Positions 12,375 to 21,930 of a stretch of 64,000 nucleotides of DNA are shown here, one piece after another. The stretch is from Eledone cirrhosa (taxonomy: Eukaryota): NCBI GenBank assembly GCA_964016885.1, contig CAXHJY010000489.1, positions 124,001 through 188,000 on the forward strand, written 5' to 3'. A program made the position numbers and the translations under genes. The notes under the pieces are model-generated. The model ran no database searches and had not been told where the DNA came from. It worked only from the letters and a program-made list of their open reading frames with translations. How positions within the stretch are numbered: position 1 is the first letter of the stretch; each line of letters begins with the position of its first letter.

Positions 12375-13745
12375 ACGTGGGAAAGTAAAAAATCGGAGAA
12401 TAGACCGTTAAAACATGTTTATTTAAAACAGCACCTACGTACGTTTCGCCCAGTTGGGCTTCTCAAGGGCATAAATAATAACAAGTGTTCCTTATATTGC
12501 TCGGAAAGAGTTTTGGGGGTTAAATCCACATCAAGGTTCATTGCTCGCAAAAATATCTTGTTTTGATTTTGCAGCAGGTCAAGGGAGGTAACTCTGGCCG
12601 GTGTTAGGGCAGTCTTTCCGGGACAATTTTTTTTTTTTTGCCGCATCTGTTTGTCTGAGGCTGAGTCTGGTACGCAAGGATTGTTTCCTGGGTGTTATTT
12701 TGCAGCGCCTGCCCGCCGGGGTGTTAAGACTTGTTGCAGGGAGATCCGGTGTACGGTTTCACTCTTCATCCTTAACCCATCTGAAGAAGGATATTTTTAA
12801 GCGATGTGTACAACGTATCGCTGTTTCAGCTCTGCTGTTGATGAGCTCGTGGGGTGCAGTTATGATGTGGTAGAGCTCCATGAGGCAAAGATCGCATTTC
12901 CTCTTGAAGTTGTATGGTGCAGCCCTGCCGACAATCTCCCAGTGCGTGGAGAAGCTGATGTTTAAGTCCTTTAGTGATGTGATGTAGTCCGCGAGCGAAG
13001 TGGAGTGCCTTAGTTTTCTATTTGTGAAAGAGTAGAGATGTGTTCGAAACCTAATTTTGAACGGGCCGGAGGTAGACCCTATTTAATGTTTAACGCTATT
13101 GTGGCTGGTAATAGTGCATCTATATATAACCCTATCAGTCAAGCAGTATCCTCTAAGGGGGCAGCGTCCTCTGTCGCGGCAGTTGCAATTTCTGTCGCGG
13201 TTCCGTCTATTTCCCACGGTAAGGCTATCATTGTTGCTGCCTACGTTGTTACCTACGCTACCGCAGCTGTCGTTAGCACCATTACAACCCCCAGCACGCG
13301 GGGTGGTGCGATTGTTATTACGCACGTCATGTCCTGCATGTTCCCCAGTCATTTCGCGGTTATGCTGGTTGCGTCTGCGGATGCCGTTGCCAACACTATT
13401 GGATGCTGCCAGGGAGTAGTTAAGGCCGATATAGTTATTGTCAGGTGTAGATGCGTCTGTGTCGAGGTGCTGTGTCTTGGTGATCTTACTGTGGTTCGTT
13501 GTTCCTATGATGTCTGCTAGGTTAGGAGTAGTAGAGAAGGATATTTTTATATTGTTCCTATTAAGAATTTTTCTATACCTCTGGTTGGGCGGGAAGTTCT
13601 TCTCTAAGGCTTCGAAGAACATCCGGGGTATGTTGGAGACCACACTCCGAGAGTAGGGGGGGGGGGCGTGGAACCACAGGACGTTACGGTGGCGATTACG
13701 TGTCCTTGTACTTTTGCTACTGGTGGTTCCATCTAGGTGACCGCT
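12375..13745 (-). mobile_element. Penelope-like retroelement, 3' part (RT C-terminus, linker, GIY-YIG, 3' pLTR with HHR)
   Basis: VLWFHAPPPYS, NCNCRDRGRCPLRGYCLTDRVIYRC...H*IGST, KCDLCLMELYHII; ends at (TA)n. Confidence 0.88.
12431..12470 (-). ncRNA. Minimal hammerhead ribozyme, U3-A8 core variant
   Basis: Minus strand reads GCCC-TTGAGAA-GCCCaactGGGC-GAAA-CGTACG-TA-GGTGC, followed by AATAAA. Confidence 0.7.
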
Positions 13746-13816
13746 CTTATGTGTGTTAATGCGCAGTTCAAGAGTAACCAATCTTAAAGAGAGAGATGTA
13801 AACGGACATTATTATT

Positions 13817-14025
13817 GTGGATTGGCAGTATCGGTAGAGGGTCGGACGCCATGCTTTCCAGCATAGTTACGTCCCTTTACGATCTGAGTTCAAATCCTGC
13901 CGAGGTTGACTTTGCCTTTCATCCTTACGAGGTCGATAAAAATAAAAGTACCAGTAATGCACTGGGTTATTGCTGGCCTTGTGCCTAAAGTAGAAACAAT
14001 TATTATTAATATTATTATTATTATT
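13817..14025 (+). mobile_element. Full-length tRNA-derived SINE (family 1) with (ATT)n tail
   Basis: A-box tggcagtatcgg, B-box gagttcaaatcc, central gaggttgactttgcctttcatcc..ggtcgataaaa (resembles the Meta/Sauria-SINE central domain from memory; unverified). Confidence 0.88.
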
Positions 14026-14107
14026 CTCTACATTCCTTACATCAAACTAAAATATGTTGACAATCTTTTAATAATGTCTTCCTTGTGGTCTTGTTTTGCT
14101 TAACTAA

Positions 14108-14189
<82 letters not shown>

Positions 14190-14355
14190 TATTATTTTTG
14201 ACCGTCAGTCAGTCAATGGCAACATTGAGGACCGAGTAAGTTAGATTACCGATATAAAAGACAGCGAGAAGCGAAAACCAACCAAACAGTGAGTGTGTTC
14301 TGTTATTAATTCTGGCAATATTACACAAATATGACCCTCCCCAAGTATAACAATG

Positions 14356-14467
<112 letters not shown>

Positions 14468-14509
14468 TAGGTAAATATACACGGGTGTGTATGATTGTGT
14501 ATAGAAGAT

Positions 14510-14703
14510 TATATTAATAAGAGGAATTCCAACTTTGTCTGATTTACTCGTTTTATTTACAATCCTTTAAAATATATATAATATGGTATTATAATGAAAT
14601 AGTATGATAGAATATTAAATTCTAAGTGTTAATTGAACAAGTACTTTCATGCTTTCGCAATCTTCAGGTTCATGATATGTGGTGACAGTCGAGTTTGCAA
14701 TTT

Positions 14704-14704
<1 letters not shown>
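14510..14704 (-). mobile_element. PLE 3' end (pLTR) fragment
   Basis: Near-identical reverse complement of 39403-39597, which follows a GIY-YIG C-terminus. Confidence 0.85.
14634..14672 (-). ncRNA. Type I minimal hammerhead ribozyme
   Basis: TGAAC-CTGAAGA-tTGCgaaaGCAt-GAAA-GTAC-TT-GTTCA; identical to 39437-39475. Confidence 0.85.
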
Positions 14705-14958
<254 letters not shown>

Positions 14959-14961
14959 CTA

Positions 14962-15019
14962 ACTGCCTGATGAGATCATAGCCATTCAATGGCTATCATC
15001 GAAATATATATATAGCAGT
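14962..15019 (+). ncRNA. Type I minimal hammerhead ribozyme
   Basis: ACTGC-CTGATGA-GATcATAGCCAttcaaTGGCTATcATC-GAAA-TATATATATA-GCAGT, then AATAAA. Confidence 0.88.
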
Positions 15020-15039
15020 AAATAAAGGATTATGTATGA

Positions 15040-18000
15040 GTTCATGCAATTGACTTATGTTTCGTCAAGAAATAGCGGAAATAAAATCAAGCGTTCGTGT
15101 AGAACCCAACAATGAGGGATCTTACTGGAGTGCCTTGTTAAAAAATCTCCGCGTACCTCATGTTGAACCTAGACGCATTGAGAATGCCACTGAATCTGCA
15201 AACCACGAAGTGATTGCCATTGGTGTACCAGAAGACATAGTTGATCTTCAGGCATTTGCTGCCAGTTAATCCAAAGACCTGGGCTGTGCTCCCGCAAAGG
15301 GTGCTCTACGCCTTGGCCGACCAGGCCCGAAACCCAGGTTAATTAGACTGTCGTTTTCAAACTCAACTGAGGCACCTTCATACCTTGTAGCCTCTGATAA
15401 AGCTAGGCGTGAAAGTCGGATTGCTTTCCGAACACGCCCTGGTCCTCCACCTGATGTCCGCCCAAAGTTGCGTGCTGCAGCTTCCTTAAACCGCAGCTCG
15501 GCAGAACATGAAAGCTTCAGCCTACGAGATGATGGGCAGATATGGAAGTTTGTTAACGCTGGCGAATAATGGAAAAGAGACACCAGCTGGTCTGAAAACA
15601 CTGTACCCACAACAACTGACAATAAAGAAACTGAAAAAACTCTGGGAAACTAATTCAGAACAACCTGCCATCCCCTGCACATAATCATAGACTGGAATCA
15701 AGGTACAAATTGTTGTCCTTGAATGCACGTAGTCTATGCAATAAGATTCATCTTTTTGACTCCTACGTCAAAAGTATCAACCCTGACTTCATTACAGTCA
15801 CGGAAACATGGGCACATCCCTTACTCTGTGATGGGGTTTTCAGCATGACTGGCTACAACCTGTTTCGTAAAGACCGCATTAATCGTCGTGGTGGTGGTGT
15901 AATGGTCTACGTTCGGTCAAATCTGTCGGCAATTCCTTGTGCTGATTTGAACCAATCACAGCAGAAAGTTTTTTTCTGCGATATACGTATGACCATGTCA
16001 ACACTGCTACTTGGAGTCGTTTACCGTCCCCCAAATTACCATCAGGACACTCAACTTTGTGATATCCTCAGAGCTGCTGCCAGGAAGACAGCCACTTATG
16101 TTTTCATTGTAGGTGACTTCAATCACCCTGAGATTGACTGGGATACCTTTCGTTGGCCGCCAAGTGCAAATGACTTCCTTGAGCTAGTGCTGGACTCGAG
16201 TTGGTCCCAGGTGGTCACCTCCCCAACGAGAGGTGACAACACTTTGGACCTACTCTTCACCACTACTCCTGAAACGGTCATTAGTGTTACTGCTGAGGAA
16301 CCTTTAGGTGACTCTGATCATGCTATGATCATTGCCAATCTATCCCTCATGGGCAGTAACAAGAACCACAACCATCTCCAAACTGCTCACTTTGACTGGA
16401 ATAAAGCAGACTGGAACTGTTACTGCACCGAATTGCAACGGCCAAACTGGCTTGAGTTCTACGACTCTGGAGATGTCAACATTGTACTCCAGAACATCCT
16501 GAGCTCAATATGGACAGCATGTGCAGCATCGGTGCCACGTAAGCGGAAAAAACATCCCAAAAGCGCAATTTGGGAGACTGCAGCAGTCCGTCTTGCCAGA
16601 AAAGAACGGCGCAATGCTGAACAAATCAGACATTAGTAGGAAGAGGCGAAATAGATCGTCCAACCACCTCAAACAGGTGACAAAAAAGGCAGTGCTTCAA
16701 TTTGAGCAGCGCATAGCAACCAGCCCTGACAGTAAGGTGTTCTGGAAGTATGTTCACTCAAAGCAGAGGCCTCACTCTCCAGTTGGTCCTCTTCGCAATC
16801 CCCACACAAGCCAGGTTACTGACGACCCCAAGGAATGCGCAGAGCTCATTGCTGAATGCTATGCAGGCATTTTCACTATTGAAGACCAGAGTGTACCATC
16901 TCCACCACCTATGACACCGGACTCTATTACAACCATGGAATTTACACCTGCAATGCTGCGACGTCACCTAAAAAATAAACGCAACCATGCCTCTCCTGGT
17001 GTTACGTACCTGCTTCTTAAACGTGGTGGGTACTTCCTTCTACACCAGTTATCACTCTTCTTCCAATTCTGTCTGAACAACAGTGCTACTCCAGAACAGT
17101 GGAAAACTGCCAGTGTCATTCCTCTGTTCAAAAAGGGTGAATTATCGTCCAGTCAGTCTTACTAGTTGCATCGCCAAACTGATGGAATCCTGTGTCAGAG
17201 AAACACTTTGGAACTTCTGGAGCTCTCACAGTCTTATCCGGCCCTCGCAATTTGGATTTATCCCCAACTCCAGCTGCTGTGATCAACTGATAGAGTTTCT
17301 TGAGGACATCACCCGGATCACTGATGGCGGCTCATGGGTGGATGTTGTTTACCTTGACTTTGCGAAGGCCTTCAATTCTGTGCCACACAAAAGGCTTATG
17401 GCAAAACTCTCTGCAATGGGTGTGAAGGATGATCTTTTTAACTGGTTGAAGTCCTTCATTCTCAGTCGAAGAGAGGTAGTCACGGTTCTGGGACAGCATT
17501 CCTCACCATATGAGATGTCATCTGGTGTACCACAGGGATCTGTTCTTGGCCCCCTTTTGTTTGGGGCATATATTAATGACATAGATGCCAACTTAAAGAA
17601 TGCCACAGTACTAAAGTACGCAGACGACATCAAGCTGTACCTTGAGATAAAAAGGACAGATCCTGAACACTATAGATCTTGCTTGCAGTCTGACCTGGAC
17701 ACAATGCAACAATGGATCTCAGACTGGCAACTCAAGCTAGCTGTGGACAAGTGCACCACCATGCATTTTGGGAGTAAAAACCCAGCGTCCACATACTCCC
17801 TCCACAGCACTAATATCAAGAAGTCTTCCTGTGAACGTGACCTGGGCATTACGGTCAGCAGCGATTTGCGTTGGACGAGGCACGTCTCTAAAATTGTCAA
17901 GAGGGCCGAGGGTGTCTTAGCATCACTCAGCAAGACCTTTGTCAGCCGCTCTCCAGATATCTATTTAAGGCTGTATACAGCTATGATGCGACCACACTTA

Positions 18001-18532
18001 GAATTTGCATCACCAGTCTGGAACCCCTATCTTTCTCAGAACATTGACCGCCTAGAAACTGTTCAGAGACGTGCAACCAAGCGAATACCCTCCATCAGGC
18101 ATCTACCATACTCTGAGCGCCTTGCTTCCCTGGGCATGGATTCATTGAAGCTCCGACGCCTGGCAACTGACTGGTAAACACCCACAAAATTGTTAACCAT
18201 GTTGCCAACAACAATCCTGAGTACCTTTTTGATTTCCATGTGCCTAACACACGTGGACATGCCCACAAAGTAAGAAAACAGCACAGTTCCCATGACTTTC
18301 GGAAACATTTTTTCACGCTCAGAGTTGCTGAAGCATGGAACAAACTACCTGCATCAGTGGTTAGCTGTCGAGACACTGCATCCTTTAAGGCCTCCATGCT
18401 TCCCGAGATCCGCCAACACTACAGCTAACACATACACACATGTACTTCCCTGACATTTGTGTATTATTCTATGTACTATACATACACCTTTGACGAGTTG
18501 TAGTGCACCTAAGCACTTTACATAATAATTTC

Positions 18533-18550
<18 letters not shown>
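15040..18550 (+). mobile_element. CR1-clade LINE (ORF1 remnant + APE endonuclease + RT), frameshifted
   Basis: APE: NARSL, VTETW, GDFNHP, DLLFT, SDH (15710-16636). RT: YLDFAKAF, SGVPQGSVLGPLLF, YADD, ERDLGI, VQRRATK, TRGH (17083-18428). (ATT)n tail. Confidence 0.93.
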
Positions 18551-18599
<49 letters not shown>

Positions 18600-18778
18600 T
18601 ATAGGATTATCCGTGGAAACATTTGTAAGCACACAGAATAAATTACCTTTTTATGATGTCTACCTGTTATTATTCATTCTTTATATATATATATATATAA
18701 AACGAAGGAAATGTGGTACGGAACCAGATGGACCATAACGCACCAAAGTACTCAATACTTAGGGTAGTAGAGTGGGTA

Positions 18779-18884
18779 ATAGGAACGAGTAGGACCCCGA
18801 CAGCTGAGCTCAAGCTGTTTCGACGTCTAATTCTGGATTAGCCGTCGAAACCGCTTGAGCTCAGCCGTCGGGGTCCTACTCGTT

Positions 18885-18889
<5 letters not shown>
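18779..18889. repeat. ~110-bp fold-back palindrome made of two 3' halves of a hammerhead
   Basis: Arms ataggaacgagtaggaccccgac...gtttcgacg / cgtcgaaac...gtcggggtcctactcgttcctat. Right arm = helix II-GAAAC-palindromic helix III-GUC. Confidence 0.85.
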
Positions 18890-18939
<50 letters not shown>

Positions 18940-18947
<8 letters not shown>

Positions 18948-19745
18948 ATGCTTTGGGAGGGTCATGTTGCCAATAAGAAACACACGCACCAGTGCTTTCA
19001 CTCCAATTTATTTTAAATTAAATTTATAAATTTAAGAATTTATAAATTTCCGGTTGGCTGGGTGGTTCCACAACCGGACGGTTGTTCATATATTGTCAAA
19101 GTTCTTTCGTCACACATTCTGTGACCTCTTCAAGATAGAAAAGAATCATCTGTACTCCACCAACATGCTAAAATAGAACATAAGGGTAAATTAGAGAACA
19201 TAGAAATAAAAATAGAATCTACACACAGAAAAGACGCAATGTTTAGACAAATCACAGAGGCAATAAACATAAATGAACTCCAACCAAAACATGAATGGAA
19301 TAGCAACATCACAACTTACAATTAAGGACAAAATGAAAACACACACACACATAGAACAAACAACCAACCAGTAACATGTAAATAAACAAATAAATAAACA
19401 AATATAAACACACACAAACACCCAGATGTAACACATGCGCAAACTAAGCACACAACACACACAAAAACAAGATGGCGTAGGACAGAACAAAGGAGAGGCA
19501 CAAAAACAAAGAAAAGAATCTCCAGTCACTGAAGAGGTCACAGAATGTGTGACGAAAGAACTTTGACAATATATGAACAACCGTCGGGTTGTGGAACCAA
19601 CCAACCAACCGGAAATTTATAAATTCTTAAATTTATAAATTTAATTTATAATAAATTGGAGTGAAAGCAACTGGTGTGTGTGTTTCTTATTGGCAACATG
19701 GCCCTCCCAAAGCATAACAATATCGGTTTCAACGCACGCTTTCAT
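18940..19745 (+). mobile_element. 5'-truncated PLE with inverted pLTR (GIY-YIG C-terminus + HHR)
   Basis: 18940-19132 is the reverse complement of 19530-19723. 19131-19325 encodes SSVLHQHAKIEH...RQITEAININELQPKHEW. Flanked by (TA)n. Confidence 0.88.
19525..19567 (+). ncRNA. Type I minimal hammerhead ribozyme
   Basis: GTCA-CTGAAGA-g-GTCACAgaatgTGTGAC-GAAA-GAAC-TT-TGAC; an inverted copy lacking C3 and the 5' helix I strand lies at 19095-19132. Confidence 0.8.
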
Positions 19746-19762
19746 ATATATATATGTATATA

Positions 19763-21110
19763 TGTTCCACCACCAAGTTACTCTCCTCCTGCCTATAGGT
19801 CTGCTCCAGCCACAGATTTGATCTGTCGCCTTCAGCAGGTTAACTTTCAGGAATTCCCACTGTTCCTCTATATTGTACGACTCTAATTGCTCTTCCTTAC
19901 TGTCAAAAGCATCAAGTAATATGCTTTTAAATTTGTTACTGGCTGTGGGGTCCTTTAACTTCCATATTCTTCTCCTTGGGGTAGTCCTCCTCTGTTGTCG
20001 AGTACGTCTCGTCCTGACTATGAGGTCGCTAACTATGAGGCTATGTTGGGAGGTGTATTCTTCACGGGGGAGGGATTTAGTGTTTACAACAGACACTCTG
20101 TCACGTCTTCTAGTAAGGATATAATCTATCTGACTGGCGTGTTCCCCTGATCTATAGGTGATCAAGTGATTGTCTCGTTTTTTTGAAGTTTGTGTTACAG
20201 ATAGTTAGGTTATTAGCGTCACAGAATTCCAGGATTCTGAACCTTCCTCATTTCTAGTACCAAACCCATGGCCTCCATGGATTCCGTCATAGCCGTCACA
20301 ATGTTGTCCAACGTGACCATTTAGGTCGCCAGCAATAATTATGTAGTTACTGTCAGTTATTTGGGAGGTAGTGAGCATTAGCGACTCATAGAATCTGTCT
20401 TTTATAACGTCAGGTAGACCAGATTGGGGTGCATAAGCGGATATTATTGTCACAGTAGTTCTATTTAGGACAAGTCTTATTTTAATTATTCTGTCGTTCA
20501 CTCTAGTTACGTCTATTACCTTATCTACCCATTTTCCTACTCCACCCAGCCCATTGTCATTTCCCACCCAGAAAAGTTTATAGCATCGTTTTTACCTACA
20601 ATGAATCTAGCAGACCCACCTCTCCACCTTGTCTCTTGAACACAGCAAACATCGACCTCCTTATGTTCAAGCATCTCTGCAACCTCGTTAGAGCGACCTT
20701 TTAAGGTGCCTACATTCATGGTACCAACTCGGAAGTTTTGGATTGCGTTGGGTGGGTGAGAAGGATAGGTTGGAGGCGCAGGGAGGGGTGATGGAGATGG
20801 GTTATGTTAGCCATCCACGGCCAAAATAAAGAGGAGTCCTTGCATTCTCTTCCGGCAACATGAGGTGAATTTGTCTTTATCTTTGACATTGTCATTGAGT
20901 GTCCAGATTCTTCAGACTCACCAGAATTCTATAGTCCATCTAGCATATCGAGAAGCAACCACGACTAAACTTAAGAAGTGATAGCCGAGGCGGTGGTTTT
21001 GTGAAAAAGATTGGTAAGAGAAACATATTATAAGCCGCTAAATTATGATTGGGCCAAATAATAATGCTGGCGAGTGGGGGCGGGGGCGGGTACGGGGAAG
21101 TTAACTTATT
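19763..21110 (-). mobile_element. RTE family B, 5' half only (5' UTR + APE endonuclease)
   Basis: MNVGTLKGRS, QETRW, AYAPQ, GDLNGHVG, QIDYIL; breaks after VTWWWN at (TA)n. Confidence 0.92.
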
Positions 21111-21124
21111 TTTATAATATACTC

Positions 21125-21154
21125 CTGTCAGGTCACTCTCGAGTGACCTGACAG
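21125..21154. repeat. Perfect 14-bp-arm hairpin
   Basis: CTGTCAGGTCACTC-tc-GAGTGACCTGACAG. Confidence 0.9.
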
Positions 21155-21540
21155 TACAACCTATCTCATAGCTGGGTCGTCGGCGACTAAACCGGCAACC
21201 CCACCAAGTTTACTTGGTGAGGAGGGTGACATTTGGACACCCTGCAGGATGAAATACAAGACCCGGCAAAGGGCAGAGGAACTCAACAGAGTCAATGGCC
21301 ATCCAAATAGTACTTTTTTTTCCACCTGGGCGTGAAAGGCCCCCAGTTTACATGCCACCCACCCCACCTTTTTTTAATCCCAATAACTTATTTTAATTAT
21401 TGTTCACCCTAGGCTGAGGTATCTTGTCTCTAACGCGAAGAAATACCTATGATTCCTAGCAGACAACTGACGATGGATATTCCCCTCTTTCTCCCGTAAC
21501 TTTTATTTTTCATTATATATATATATATATATTTATATAT

Positions 21541-21864
21541 GGTGGCTGCAAACTCTGCTAAGAGTATTGCAATCCTAGAAAGCACAACACCTTTCTAGGA
21601 GAGGGAAACTCTGAAAAAAAACCTGTGGCTTCGGAATCATCCAATGATGTTGACAAGTTCTCCTTTTTGGGTAATGTTTTCGATGCTCAGATAGTGGGAT
21701 TGGTCGAGTGCAAGGTCTTTCCACACTTAAAAAACCTTCAAAGCACAGGCATTGGTTGTTCAGGATCTGTTACAGGTTAGTGTGGCTGGCTGTAGCCTAA
21801 AGGTGCACCATTTTCTGTAATCTGACAAGTGATTGCAATACTCTTAGCAGAGTTTGCAGCCACC
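21541..21864 (-). mobile_element. Short element with perfect 34-bp terminal inverted arms in (TA)n; probable PLE 3'-end fold-back
   Basis: 21541-21574 is the reverse complement of 21831-21864. Internal degenerate HHR on minus (GTGC-tttgaag...GAAA-gacctt-GCAC, 21708-21746). Confidence 0.6.

Positions 21865-21927
<63 letters not shown>

Positions 21928-21930
<3 letters not shown>

Noticed and set aside
12601-13781. Selenocysteine recoding in the PLE ORF (reported for some PLE clades)
   Set aside because: The Cys positions inspected are TGC/TGT and the in-frame stop at YIG is TAA.
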